This document shows, piece by piece, positions 19,661 to 30,823 of a stretch of DNA of 44,381 nt. Both the position numbers and the translations under genes were made by a program. Origin of the DNA: Woeseiaceae bacterium (GTDB lineage: Bacteria > Pseudomonadota > Gammaproteobacteria > Steroidobacterales > Woeseiaceae). The notes beneath the pieces are model-generated. The model was not told the DNA's origin. It made no database searches and was given only the letters and a program-made list of their open reading frames with translations. Location: positions 1-44,381 of the forward strand of contig JBATID010000458.1 in assembly GCA_049667545.1 (NCBI GenBank). The letters are read 5' to 3'. Each line of letters opens with the position of its first letter. The stretch's first letter is position 1.

Positions 19661-22033
19661 CTAACGCCTGTCGGGGGTCAACGTCAGCGTATGCGCGGCG
19701 GTGCCGGGTAAAAACGGGCTCGGCCGACCGGCAACCCAGTCTTCGTGACCGCGGCTATAGAACGGCGACAGCGGATGGCCGCTTTGTCCCGTAGGCATTT
19801 GCATCAGGCTGTTTGCTTCGTCACCGGGAGCGACCGAGAAGCGCTCGGAGGCGCCGAACGATGGGCCCTGCGCTTTCGGCATGTCGAGGTCACCGTTGAG
19901 GGGGTCCGCGGGCATATTGAGGTAGTCGCCCAATAGCGGAATACTGCTGCTGAGAGGGTGTCGTATCGACGCCGTGTTGATCTCACCCCAGGTACGGGCA
20001 GACAAGGGGCCGCTATAGTTATTCTGAAAGTAATCGATATTCTGTCGTACCGCCGCCACCATGAGCTCGTCCCAACTGGCGTAGTCGCGCGGCAACAGGT
20101 GCAGCGGCTGTTCGGTGACCAGCTTCCACAATGGCGCCTCAAACTGATTGCTGCGGCGCAAACTGACGTCGTCGCCATACGCCGCGCGCGCTGGCGCCAG
20201 CAACGCGTAAAACACACGATTCTCGACCTCAAGCCGGAACGCACGCACCAAACGGTAGCCCGTGGACTCCGGCGCGGCCCGCGGCAACCAGCCCTCGACC
20301 AGCTCGCGGTACTCCGCGAGTTGCGCATCGCTCGCCACCGTCGTGTCGTCGAGCAGCTCAACTAACAGATCTCGCCAGCGACCGAGAAACAAGGCGCGAT
20401 CATCGTACTGCAACGCCAGCATGTCCTCTGGCGTAAAGGTATCCCTGGCGAACAGCCCATCGCGAATCTGGCGCGCCCTGGCACCGAAGTCATAGCCACC
20501 ATCGCCGACAACGTCCAGCGCCTGAGCATCGGTCACACGTGCGTTTGCTGTCCAGATACGGCCGCTCTCGGGGTTGACGAGTCGTGGATAGTCGCCGCTG
20601 TCGAGCCAGCCCTGCCAGCCGTGCTGCACGCTCCAGTCGGCCGGCAGCATGGGGTCGAAGCCAACCTTGATGGGTATCTTTCCGGCGATGGTCCAGCCGA
20701 TGTTGCCGAGCGCATCGCCCGTTACGAAATTCTGCGGCGGCATCGCCATGGTGTTGGCAATATCCAGCGCCTCAAAGACCGACGCAACGGTTTCCAGGTC
20801 CAGCAGCCGCAGGTTCACGCCATCGGGCTTGTGCGCAATCCAGCTGACGACCACTTCGCCGTCCGGGTAATCGACATCGTCGAGAACGGGACCCCAGATG
20901 GTCTCACGAATCACGTACTCGACCGGCGCGGCGTCTTTGACGTTGATCGTCTCGCGGTGCGTCTCAAACTGCCGTTCGCCCTCGGGCGTCATGTACGTAT
21001 TGTCGGCTGACCCGGGGCGTAAGACGACAGCATCCGTCCAGTCGCCATAGCTGTTCGTGTAACCCCAGGCAACTCGTGAGTTGCTACCGGCAATGACAAA
21101 CGGTGCACCCGGCAACGTCACACCGGCAACATCCATGGCATCGGTACCAGCGACCACGAGCTGCGCCTGGTAATAGATATTGGGTGTACTCAGGCCTAAG
21201 TGCATGTCGTTCGAGACAATTGCACGACCGTTGGCTGTCAGCGCACCGGAGACGGCCCAGTTATTGCTGCCGCGCAACGGATAGCGGCCAACTTCGCGGG
21301 CCGGCGCCGCCACATCGGGGATATCCCGAATCGAGTAAACCGACGCATCCGGTATAGCCATAGCCGCGCGCGGCTCGCCCATCAACGGCGCATCCCACGG
21401 TGTGCCCTGCGGATACAGCCAGTTATAGACCTCGGTGGGCAGCACGCGGTGTGCGAGTCCACGCTGGATTTCTTTCTGCGCCCTGGAGTCATTCAGCTGC
21501 ATGAACATGGCGTAGACAACAAGGACCGAGTCCTCTGCCTTCCATGGCTGCGGCTTTGCACCCAGGACGAAGTATTCGAAGGGCCTTGCATCCAGTGACG
21601 CCAACCCGGCGTTAACCCCGTCGGCGTATGCCTCGATAACAGCCCGGTCGCCTTCATCAGCAGCGGCCATGACGGCTTGCGCTTTGTTGCGGAAACGGTG
21701 GAATCGATAGCGCTGGTCAACCGACACCGTCGCGGGACCGACGAGTTCGGAAAGTTCTCCGGCAGCCTGGCGCCGGATCATGTCCATCTGGAAAAAACGA
21801 TCCTGTGCGTGTGCGTACCCGGTTGCAAAAGCCAGGTCACGACGATTCGCCGCCGTAATGACCGGTATACCGTCCTGATCCCTGGCGATCCTGGCGGGAG
21901 CGCTGAGCCCCGCTGCGCGGAACTCACCGTCCAGATCGGGCAGACTGGCGCGCAGTAGCATCGTTACCAGCAGGGCGGAGACGACTAACAGCAGGCTCGC
22001 TGCCAATACCAGTCGTAGCAATACGCGCTTCAT
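19661..22033 (-). CDS. Penicillin acylase-family Ntn hydrolase (possible acyl-homoserine-lactone acylase)
   Basis: The 790-aa product has an N-terminal signal/anchor. The autoprocessing site and nucleophile context is LRGSNNWAVSG, and SNDMHL lies downstream. This is the typical alpha/beta precursor architecture. Confidence 0.85.
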   Translation of the reverse strand: MKRVLLRLVLAASLLLVVSALLVTMLLRASLPDLDGEFRAAGLSAPARIARDQDGIPVITAANRRDLAFATGYAHAQDRFFQMDMIRRQAAGELSELVGPATVSVDQRYRFHRFRNKAQAVMAAADEGDRAVIEAYADGVNAGLASLDARPFEYFVLGAKPQPWKAEDSVLVVYAMFMQLNDSRAQKEIQRGLAHRVLPTEVYNWLYPQGTPWDAPLMGEPRAAMAIPDASVYSIRDIPDVAAPAREVGRYPLRGSNNWAVSGALTANGRAIVSNDMHLGLSTPNIYYQAQLVVAGTDAMDVAGVTLPGAPFVIAGSNSRVAWGYTNSYGDWTDAVVLRPGSADNTYMTPEGERQFETHRETINVKDAAPVEYVIRETIWGPVLDDVDYPDGEVVVSWIAHKPDGVNLRLLDLETVASVFEALDIANTMAMPPQNFVTGDALGNIGWTIAGKIPIKVGFDPMLPADWSVQHGWQGWLDSGDYPRLVNPESGRIWTANARVTDAQALDVVGDGGYDFGARARQIRDGLFARDTFTPEDMLALQYDDRALFLGRWRDLLVELLDDTTVASDAQLAEYRELVEGWLPRAAPESTGYRLVRAFRLEVENRVFYALLAPARAAYGDDVSLRRSNQFEAPLWKLVTEQPLHLLPRDYASWDELMVAAVRQNIDYFQNNYSGPLSARTWGEINTASIRHPLSSSIPLLGDYLNMPADPLNGDLDMPKAQGPSFGASERFSVAPGDEANSLMQMPTGQSGHPLSPFYSRGHEDWVAGRPSPFLPGTAAHTLTLTPDRR

Positions 22034-23466
22034 TCTTCTCGTCTGACTGCCAGAATTTTCATCGCATTGGTATTGCCGGCGACGTTGTCGAGATCGCCCT
22101 TCGTGAAGATCACCAGGTCGCCGACCTCAACGAGCTTGTAGTACAGCAACGTATTAAATATATCCTGGTAGAGTCGCCGCGGATTATCAACATTGATCGC
22201 AAACGAAACCGGGTAAACACCGCGATACAATGCCACCCGCCTGCTCGTGGCTTCGTGCGGCGTAAATGCGTAGATGGGAATATCCGACCGAATTCGCGAC
22301 ATCCAGCGCGTCGTCGCACCAGACTCCGTCAACGCTATGATCGCTTTCACCGACATGTGATTCGCCGTGTACATTGTCGCCATGGCAATCGCTTCGTCAA
22401 CAAACTCGAAGCGGTCATTCATGCGGTGGGTGGCTGAACCGGTAGCCAGCGGGAATTTCTCCGCGCCGACACAGACTTCCGCCATCGCTCGAATTGCTTC
22501 GACCGGATACTTGCCAACGGCAGTCTCACCGGACAGCATGACGGCGTCGGTACCGTCGATCACCGCGTTGGCGACATCGGAAACTTCTGCACGCGTTGGT
22601 ATCGGATTCTGGATCATCGACTCCATCATCTGGGTCGCGGTGATGACGATCTTGTTTGCCTTGCGCGTCTTGCGTATCAGTTTCTTCTGAATACCGGTCA
22701 GTTCTGCGTAACCAATTTCGACACCCAGATCGCCGCGCGCAACCATGACGACGTCAGACGCATCGATGATCGAATCAATATCCCGGATGGCTTCCGTGCG
22801 TTCAATCTTGGCGACGATCAGGCCGCGGCCACCTGCTTCCTCAAACAGCCGGCGAGCCTCCGTCACGTCCGCGGCATTGCGTACGAATGATACGGCCAGA
22901 AAGTCGGCCTTCAACTCCGCTGCGAGCTTGATATTCTCTTTGTCGATATCCGTCAGCGCAGCGGCGGACAAACCACCGCCTTTGAGATTGATGCCCTTGT
23001 GATCCGAGAGGATGCCGCCGTGCACGACCGTGGTGTAAATCCGCGTTCCCTCGATACGGTCGACCTTGAGTGTGATCATGCCGTCGTTAAGCAACAGGAT
23101 ATCTTCGGCATGCAGGTCATCGTGTAGCGTGTCCAGCGCAACGCCGACACCGTCCTGATTGCCGTCCAGCATTCCGAGCGTGCTATCCAGGAAGAAGGTA
23201 TCGCCGTCGTTGAGCAACACGCTGTGTTCGGCAAAGCGGCACACACGAATTTTCGGTCCCTGCAGGTCGCCCAATAAGCCTACGTCACGTCCGGTCGCGC
23301 TGGCGGCCTCGCGCAGCGCTGCTGCGCGCCGACGATGCTCGTCCGCGTCACCGTGAGAGAAATTCAGGCGGGCGACCGTCATGCCCGCAATGATCATTCG
23401 GCCCAGTATCTGTGGGTCATCTGACGCCGGACCCAGCGTCGCAACAATTTTGGTTCGTCTCGACAT
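22030..23466 (-). CDS. pyk: Pyruvate kinase
   Basis: The sequence begins MSRRTKIVATLGPAS...ARLNFSHG. It continues with MVARGDLGVE and ATQMMESM. Confidence 0.96.
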   Translation of the reverse strand: MSRRTKIVATLGPASDDPQILGRMIIAGMTVARLNFSHGDADEHRRRAAALREAASATGRDVGLLGDLQGPKIRVCRFAEHSVLLNDGDTFFLDSTLGMLDGNQDGVGVALDTLHDDLHAEDILLLNDGMITLKVDRIEGTRIYTTVVHGGILSDHKGINLKGGGLSAAALTDIDKENIKLAAELKADFLAVSFVRNAADVTEARRLFEEAGGRGLIVAKIERTEAIRDIDSIIDASDVVMVARGDLGVEIGYAELTGIQKKLIRKTRKANKIVITATQMMESMIQNPIPTRAEVSDVANAVIDGTDAVMLSGETAVGKYPVEAIRAMAEVCVGAEKFPLATGSATHRMNDRFEFVDEAIAMATMYTANHMSVKAIIALTESGATTRWMSRIRSDIPIYAFTPHEATSRRVALYRGVYPVSFAINVDNPRRLYQDIFNTLLYYKLVEVGDLVIFTKGDLDNVAGNTNAMKILAVRREE

Positions 23467-23585
23467 GGCGGCGATTATTGCACAGCTGATTGCGCGGCGT
23501 TATTACCAATTAGCGGCGATCGCTTTCGGCCGGATCCCTGTCAGGCTATGCTGTAGGCCCGAATCATGGGTAATGAAAGACGCCC

Positions 23586-24956
23586 TTGCTGAATCGACGC
23601 CGCTTTATTCAGAGTATTGTCGCAGCCGCTACGGTACCGGCAATGACCCAGAGCTGCCGTGCTAATGACAGCCTCGTCGGACCATTGCGCCCGGACCCCG
23701 AGAAGATTCTCGACCTGCCGGCGGGCTTCCACCACCGGGTGATCTCCCGCGCTGGCGAAAGCATGAGCGATGGCCTGCTGGTGCCTGGCGCACACGATGG
23801 CATGGCAACGTTTCAGGGGGCAGACGGACGCATCATTTTGGTGCGTAACCACGAAATGCAACCCTATTGGCCGGAGCACAGCGCCTTCAGGGAAAATTTC
23901 GCGGGCCTGCCGGAGTCCGTTCGATCACGATTTTACGATCGCGGCAACGAGATAACACCGGCTCTGGGCGGCACAACAACGAGCGTGTTCAATCCGTCAA
24001 CGGGCGAGGTTGAACAACAGTTCATGAGCCTGGCCGGCACCGAAATCAATTGTGCCGGTGGCTCGACCCCGTGGGGCAGCTGGCTCAGCTGCGAGGAGTG
24101 TTTTACCGAGCCCGGCACACGGCTGCAGAGGCTGCAGCTGATCAGTCGTGAACAGCGCCACGGCTACGTTTTTGAGGTACCGGCACACGCGACAGGCCTG
24201 GTGGAGCCAAAGCCCATCAAGGCGATGGGTCGTTTCGAGCATGAAGCCTGCGCCGTGGATGAGAAGACCGGCATTGTCTACATGACCGAGGACCGCTACC
24301 ACAGCCTGTTTTATCGCTACATTCCCAATGTACCGGGCAAGCTCCTTGAGGGTGGCAAACTGCAGGCGCTGGCCATCGTCGACCACCCGACGACGATGAC
24401 GCATAACTGGTCAGCGGCACCGCAGACTCCGCTCGGCCAGCCATTGAAAACGCGCTGGATCGATCTCGACGATGTCGATCCGGATGGCAATACGCTGCGC
24501 CTGCGTGGGGCCGAAAAGGGTGCTGCAACATTTGCACGCGGCGAGGGGTTATGCGTCGCCGGTGACCGCTTCGCATTCACCTGCACCATTGGTGGACCTG
24601 CCCGCATCGGCCAGGTGTTTACCTACAAGCCCAGCCCGTCTGAAGGAACAACCGGCGAGTCCGAAGTACCCGGCGAATTAACATTGATCGCACAAGCCGA
24701 TGAACAGTCACTGCTGCGCAACTGTGACAACCTGACGATGGCGCCATGGGGCGACCTGGTTGTTTGCGAGGACACGGCGAGTCACTGCGGACTCGTTGGC
24801 ATCCGGCCGGACGGCACGCAGTACGAGATTGCCGACAACCCCTATTCCGGATCGGAACTCGCCGGCGTCTGTTTCTCGCCCGACGGCCAGACCTTATTCG
24901 TGAATATTCAGTACCCCGGCATGACCATCGCCATCACCGGTCCCTGGCCCACCTGA
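23586..24956 (+). CDS. Tat-exported PhoX-like / DUF839 beta-propeller protein (putative phosphatase)
   Basis: It has a TTG start and a twin-arginine signal (MLNRRRFIQSIVAAATVPAM). The segments NCAGGSTPWGSWLSCEE, RFEHEA and SELAGVCFSPDGQTLFVNIQ are typical of PhoX/DUF839 proteins. At 456 aa it is shorter than canonical PhoX. Confidence 0.7.
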   Translation: MLNRRRFIQSIVAAATVPAMTQSCRANDSLVGPLRPDPEKILDLPAGFHHRVISRAGESMSDGLLVPGAHDGMATFQGADGRIILVRNHEMQPYWPEHSAFRENFAGLPESVRSRFYDRGNEITPALGGTTTSVFNPSTGEVEQQFMSLAGTEINCAGGSTPWGSWLSCEECFTEPGTRLQRLQLISREQRHGYVFEVPAHATGLVEPKPIKAMGRFEHEACAVDEKTGIVYMTEDRYHSLFYRYIPNVPGKLLEGGKLQALAIVDHPTTMTHNWSAAPQTPLGQPLKTRWIDLDDVDPDGNTLRLRGAEKGAATFARGEGLCVAGDRFAFTCTIGGPARIGQVFTYKPSPSEGTTGESEVPGELTLIAQADEQSLLRNCDNLTMAPWGDLVVCEDTASHCGLVGIRPDGTQYEIADNPYSGSELAGVCFSPDGQTLFVNIQYPGMTIAITGPWPT

Positions 24957-25026
24957 CTTCTGCTTGCCAGTTCTATCGCACGAGATCGGCCAACATGTCA
25001 TTCCGCGCCTACTGCGGCGATCACGC

Positions 25027-25078
25027 AGATGTCTCAGTCGCTCAGACAATCTGCGATAACTCGCTTGGTGAGACATCT
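25027..25078. repeat. Hairpin unit A1 of a REP/BIME-like cluster
   Basis: The arms agatgtctca (25027..25036) and tgagacatct (25069..25078) are exact reverse complements. They enclose a 32-nt loop containing cagaca. Confidence 0.6.
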
Positions 25079-25114
25079 CCGCGCTCGCCGCCTGAAGCCA
25101 TGACTCGGCAACAC

Positions 25115-25196
25115 GCGGGCAGACGAGATGTTTGTTGGCGAGACATAAAGCGAGCGCAGCGAGACAGTCCGCCAACAAAGCATGTCGGCTGACCGC
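25115..25196. repeat. Hairpin unit A2, a copy of the 41063..41144 element
   Basis: It is about 90% identical by eye, in the same orientation, to 41063..41144 over about 82 nt. The shared sequence runs gcgggcag.cgagatgtttg.tggcgagacataaagcgagcg(c)cagcgagacagtccgcca.caaa. Confidence 0.8.
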
Positions 25197-25234
25197 GTGT
25201 GATCGATTCGCCAATCGATGACAGCGTTTTTTTT
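25194..25234 (+). terminator. Rho-independent terminator (plus-strand sense)
   Basis: The stem is CGC(G)TGTgATCGAT - tcgcca - ATCGATgACAGCG, with 12 pairs, one bulge and one mismatch. It is followed directly by T8 (25227..25234) and ends 2 nt before the pgk stop codon. Confidence 0.6.
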
Positions 25235-25236
25235 GG

Positions 25237-26424
25237 TTAGGAAGCGGCGCGTTTTTCGAGGATTTCGACAGCGGGTAGCTTTTTGCCTTCGACAAATTCG
25301 AGGAAGGCGCCACCACCGGTCGAGATGTAGGAGATGCCTTCTCGCACCCCGTACTTATCGATCGCAGCAAGCGTATCGCCACCACCGGCAATTGAAAACG
25401 CCGGGCTCTCGGCGATGGCTTCGGCGAGTACTTTCGTGCCGTCGCCAAAACTGTCGAATTCGAAAACACCGACCGGACCATTCCAGATAATTGTGCCCGC
25501 GCTCTGCAATATTTTCGCGAAACGCTGTGCGGTTAGCGGCCCGATATCGAGAATAAGGTCGTCGTCGGCAACATCTTTAATCGACTTGGCAGTGGCGGTT
25601 GCGTCTGCTGAGAATTCCTTGGCGACAATCACGTCATCGGGCACCGGTATATCCGCACGATCCTTGCTGTTGTTTGCCAGCTGCCGCGCCGTATCCAGCA
25701 TGTCAGCTTCGTACAGCGACTTGCCGACCTCGTGCCCGGCTGCCGCAATAAATGTATTGGCGATACCGCCGCCGACGATCAGGCAATCAACGACGTCGGC
25801 CAGGGCCTCCAGCACGGTCAGCTTGGTCGAAACCTTGGATCCACCGACGATTGCAACAAACGGCCTTGCCGGGTTGTCCATCGCTTTTGCCAGGGCATCG
25901 AGTTCGCCGGACAGCAGCGGGCCTGCACAGGCAACGGCGGCGTATTCCGCTACGCCGTAGGTGCTGGCCTGGGCGCGATGCGCTGTACCAAATGCATCCA
26001 TCACGAAGACATCGCAAAGCGCCGCCATCTTTTTTGCCAACCCCGCATCGCAGGCTTTCTCTCCCGCAAGGAAGCGCACATTCTCCAGCAGCACAACGTC
26101 GCCGGGTGCAACATCAACGCCATCAATCCAGTCTCGAACCAACGGCACGTCGCGACCGAGCAGCGTCGCCAAATGGTCGGCCACCGGCTGCATCGAGAAC
26201 TTTTCTTCCGGCTGCCCCTCGGTTGGACGACCGAGGTGCGAAACCAGCATCACCGCCGCATTGGCAGCCAGCGCTGCCTTTATCGTCGGTAATGCTGCCC
26301 GAATGCGCGCGTCACTCGTGACCTTGCCGTCCGCAATCGGAACGTTGAGGTCTTCACGAATGAACACACGCTTTCCCGACAAATCGATGTCGGCCATCCT
26401 GGTGATGGACATACCCGCTCCCAC
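25237..26424 (-). CDS. pgk: Phosphoglycerate kinase
   Basis: The sequence contains [12 protein letters not shown] and RIRAALPTI. It continues [13 protein letters not shown] and [11 protein letters not shown]. The start could be 26424 or the ATG at 26412. Confidence 0.96.
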   Translation of the reverse strand: MGAGMSITRMADIDLSGKRVFIREDLNVPIADGKVTSDARIRAALPTIKAALAANAAVMLVSHLGRPTEGQPEEKFSMQPVADHLATLLGRDVPLVRDWIDGVDVAPGDVVLLENVRFLAGEKACDAGLAKKMAALCDVFVMDAFGTAHRAQASTYGVAEYAAVACAGPLLSGELDALAKAMDNPARPFVAIVGGSKVSTKLTVLEALADVVDCLIVGGGIANTFIAAAGHEVGKSLYEADMLDTARQLANNSKDRADIPVPDDVIVAKEFSADATATAKSIKDVADDDLILDIGPLTAQRFAKILQSAGTIIWNGPVGVFEFDSFGDGTKVLAEAIAESPAFSIAGGGDTLAAIDKYGVREGISYISTGGGAFLEFVEGKKLPAVEILEKRAAS

Positions 26425-26434
26425 TAAGCCGCGA

Positions 26435-27448
26435 TTACTTCGCGTTCATCACTGCGGTCGCCATGTCCAGCATGCGACACGAGAAACCCCACTCGTTGTC
26501 GTACCAGGACAGCACTTTAACGAGCGTGCCTTCCATGACCTTGGTGAGTCCGGCGTCGTACGTCGACGAATGCGGATCATGATTGAAATCGATCGACACC
26601 AGCGGTTCGTCGTTGTAAGCGAGCACACCCTTCAGCGGACCTTTGCTGGCCGCTTTCATGATGGTGTTGATCTCGTCGACGCTGGTTGCACGATTCGCAA
26701 CAAACGTGAGGTCTACACAGGACACATTGATGGTCGGTACGCGCATCGAAAAACCGTCGAGCTTGCCATTGAGTTCCGGCAGTACCAGGCCGACGGCTGC
26801 GGCTGCGCCTGTGCTCGTCGGGATCTGTGACATCGTGGCTGAACGGGCACGTCTGAGATCTTTGTGGAATACGTCAGTGAGTACCTGATCATTGGTGTAC
26901 GCATGAATCGTCGTCATGATGCCATGCTTGACGCCAATCGCCTCGTGGAGCGGCATAACCAGCGGTGCCAGGCAGTTGGTGGTGCAGGACGCGTTGGAAA
27001 TAATCGCATGCTTCGATGTCAGTGTGTCGCTGTTGACGCCGTACACGAATGTGCCGTCAATATCCGCGCCACCCGGTGCCGAGATAATCACTTTCTTCGC
27101 GCCACCCGCGATGTGCTTGCCCGCGGTTTCGCGCGTCCGGAACAGTCCCGTGCACTCGAAAACAACGTCAACGCCCAGCTTGCCCCAGGGCAGCTTGGAC
27201 GGGTCGCGCTCGGCGAACACCTTGATGCGATCGCCATTGACTATAATATCGTCGCCGTCGACTTCAACGGTGCCGGCAAACGGGCCATGCGCCGTGTCGT
27301 GACGTGTCAGGTGGGCGTTCGTGTTTGCATCGCCCAGATCATTCAGAGCAACAACGTTAAAGTCCGCCGCACGACCTGATTCGTGAATTGCACGCACGAT
27401 GTTGCGCCCGATGCGGCCGTAGCCGTTAATGCCAATCTTTATAGCCAT
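26435..27448 (-). CDS. gap: Glyceraldehyde-3-phosphate dehydrogenase, type I
   Basis: The N-terminus is [16 protein letters not shown], the active site is [12 protein letters not shown], and WYDNEWGF is present. Confidence 0.96.
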   Translation of the reverse strand: MAIKIGINGYGRIGRNIVRAIHESGRAADFNVVALNDLGDANTNAHLTRHDTAHGPFAGTVEVDGDDIIVNGDRIKVFAERDPSKLPWGKLGVDVVFECTGLFRTRETAGKHIAGGAKKVIISAPGGADIDGTFVYGVNSDTLTSKHAIISNASCTTNCLAPLVMPLHEAIGVKHGIMTTIHAYTNDQVLTDVFHKDLRRARSATMSQIPTSTGAAAAVGLVLPELNGKLDGFSMRVPTINVSCVDLTFVANRATSVDEINTIMKAASKGPLKGVLAYNDEPLVSIDFNHDPHSSTYDAGLTKVMEGTLVKVLSWYDNEWGFSCRMLDMATAVMNAK

Positions 27449-27466
27449 CTATCTCTTCTCCGGTGA

Positions 27467-29494
27467 TTAATTCAGTAAGTCTTTCGCGACGGCGACTACA
27501 TTGTCCGTCGTGAATCCAAAAAATTCGAAAAGTTCGTTTGCCGGCGCTGATGCGCCGAATCGATCGAGTCCGATCACACGCCCGCCGGACCCGACATAGC
27601 GCCACCAGCACTCAGTCACGCCAGCCTCGATCGCAACTCTAGCAGAGAGACTCGCCGGCAACACGGACTCTCGATAATTGTCGTCCTGCTTGTCAAACAC
27701 GTCCGTACACGGCATTGACACGACACGCGCATTGACGCCGTCTTGTTGCAGCGCATCCGCCGCAGCGATGGCCAGCGCGACCTCCGAGCCAGTGGCAATC
27801 AGCACCACATCGGGTACGCCGCTCGTGTCACGTAGTACGTAACCACCCCGCGCGACATTGGCAACCTGCGCGGCGGTGCGCGCCTGGAAGGGCAAGCCCT
27901 GGCGTGTCAATACCAGGCTGGTCGGCCCATCGCGACGCTCGATTGCGTGCCGCCACGCAACCGCAGTCTCCACCGTGTCACACGGCCGCCAGACACTCAT
28001 GTTGGGTATCAGGCGCAACGAGGCGGTGTGCTCGACCGGCTGGTGGGTCGGGCCGTCTTCGCCCAATCCGATCGAGTCGTGCGTGTAAACCAGGATGTTC
28101 TGGATTTCCATCAGGGCCGCCATGCGCAGCGCGTTACGAGCGTAGTCAGAGAACGTCAGAAACGTGCCCGAGTACGGCATGACACCACCGTGCAACGCCA
28201 GACCATTTCCTATTGCGGTCATGCTGAATTCGCGCACGCCAAACCAGAAGTAATTGCCACTCGCGTCGTCACCGGATATCGGCGTCGAGCCATCATGCTT
28301 GGTCAGATTTGAGCCGGTCAGGTCAGCCGATCCACCCGCGAATTCCGGGAGCATCGGCGCGAAAGCATTCAGCGCGACCAGCGATGCTTTGCGCGTCGCC
28401 ATGTCCTGGGCGGCCGCGTTGATTCCCGCGATCGCCGCATCGGCAAACGCCGACCAGCCATGCGGCAGCTCGCCGGCGGTGCGGCGCGTGAACTCCGCCG
28501 CAAGCTCGGGATATTCACTACGGTAAGCGGCAATTACCGAATTCCAGGCGAGCTCATCAGCCGCGCCGCGTTCGCGAGCATCCCAGGCCGCAGCGACATC
28601 CTCAGGGATTTCGAACGGCGCATGTGCCCAGCCCAGCTGCTTGCGGGCGGCCGCAATTTCCTGGTCGCCCAGCGGCGCGCCGTGGACCGCGGCCGTACCC
28701 TGTTTGTTCGGGGCGCCGAAACCGATGATCGTTTTGCAACAGATCATCGTTGGGCGCTCGCTGTGTGCAACGCCTTGCTCGATGGCGGCAGCGATGGCGG
28801 CACTGTCATGACCATCGACGCCGTCTATTACCTGCCAGCCATATGCCTCAAAGCGTTTTGCCGTGTCGTCGGTGAACCAGGCATCAACCTCACCGTCAAT
28901 CGAGATGTTGTTGTCGTCATAAAGACAGATGAGCTTGCCGAGCTTGAGCGTGCCAGCCAGCGAGCAGGCTTCATGCGAGATACCTTCCATCAGGCAACCG
29001 TCGCCGAGAAATACCCAGGTCTTGTGATCGACAATATCGTGTCCGGGGCGGTTAAACTGCGCCGCCAGCATTTTTTCCGCAATGGCCATGCCGACCGCAT
29101 TCGCGATGCCCTGTCCCAGCGGTCCGGTTGTGGTCTCGACCGGGCCACCGCGCTCGTACTCGGGATGGCCGGCGGTTTTGTAACCTAACTGGCGAAAATT
29201 CCTGAGCTGCTCCATCGGAAAATCGTCATAACCCGTCAGGTGCAGCAGGCTGTAAAGCAGCATCGAGCCGTGGCCGTTCGACAGCACGAAGCGATCACGA
29301 TTCGGCCACTGCGGGTTCGCAGGATTATGGTGCAGGTAGTCCCGCCACAGCACTTCGGCAATATCCGCCATGCCCATCGGCGCACCGGGATGTCCTGAAT
29401 TGGCGGCCTGCACGGCATCCATACTCAATGCCCTGATCGCGTTCGCGAGAATTCGCCGTTCGGGGAGACCGGCAGTTGCAGCTTTATGTGACAT
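27467..29494 (-). CDS. tkt: Transketolase
   Basis: The 675-aa product has the ThDP motifs [13 protein letters not shown] and [13 protein letters not shown], plus the pyrimidine-binding domain (FGVREFSM). Confidence 0.96.
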   Translation of the reverse strand: MSHKAATAGLPERRILANAIRALSMDAVQAANSGHPGAPMGMADIAEVLWRDYLHHNPANPQWPNRDRFVLSNGHGSMLLYSLLHLTGYDDFPMEQLRNFRQLGYKTAGHPEYERGGPVETTTGPLGQGIANAVGMAIAEKMLAAQFNRPGHDIVDHKTWVFLGDGCLMEGISHEACSLAGTLKLGKLICLYDDNNISIDGEVDAWFTDDTAKRFEAYGWQVIDGVDGHDSAAIAAAIEQGVAHSERPTMICCKTIIGFGAPNKQGTAAVHGAPLGDQEIAAARKQLGWAHAPFEIPEDVAAAWDARERGAADELAWNSVIAAYRSEYPELAAEFTRRTAGELPHGWSAFADAAIAGINAAAQDMATRKASLVALNAFAPMLPEFAGGSADLTGSNLTKHDGSTPISGDDASGNYFWFGVREFSMTAIGNGLALHGGVMPYSGTFLTFSDYARNALRMAALMEIQNILVYTHDSIGLGEDGPTHQPVEHTASLRLIPNMSVWRPCDTVETAVAWRHAIERRDGPTSLVLTRQGLPFQARTAAQVANVARGGYVLRDTSGVPDVVLIATGSEVALAIAAADALQQDGVNARVVSMPCTDVFDKQDDNYRESVLPASLSARVAIEAGVTECWWRYVGSGGRVIGLDRFGASAPANELFEFFGFTTDNVVAVAKDLLN

Positions 29495-29635
29495 TTGACC
29501 TATCTTGTTGTCGGCCAGGCGGCCTTTTCTTGATTTTGAGGGGGACTCGCTAACGCGTGCCGCATTTTCCCTGTTATACAGGCCGGCTTCAAGTGTACAA
29601 TTCGCGACCCCCTGTTGATCGGAACCTGTATATCC

Positions 29636-30796
<1,161 letters not shown>

Positions 30797-30823
30797 AACT
30801 TTACAATATTCAGGAGTGTGATT

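Noticed and set aside
24995-25192. A 65-codon plus-strand ORF (MSFRAYCGDHADV...) within the phoX-like/pgk spacer. The 195-aa minus-strand ORF at 24894..25481 was considered with it.
   Set aside because: Both run straight through the hairpin repeat units, which is not expected of a coding sequence. Neither has a Shine-Dalgarno, and the minus-strand ORF also overlaps the pgk 3' end.
25961-26830. A 289-aa plus-strand ORF spanning the pgk/gap junction. Related plus-strand ORFs at 25334..25960, 25732..26292 and 25752..26321 were considered with it.
   Set aside because: All are antisense to pgk and gap, which are unambiguous. A single ORF crossing two genes and their spacer is not credible as coding.
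29495-29635. A possible SAM or SAH riboswitch in the 141-nt leader upstream of metK-ahcY.
   Set aside because: I could not find the conserved cores of the SAM-I, SAM-II/V, SAM-SAH or SAH riboswitches. There are only short local stems such as cctgt/acagg. The metK-ahcY spacer of about 27 nt is too short for an SAH element. A covariance-model scan would be needed to exclude one formally.
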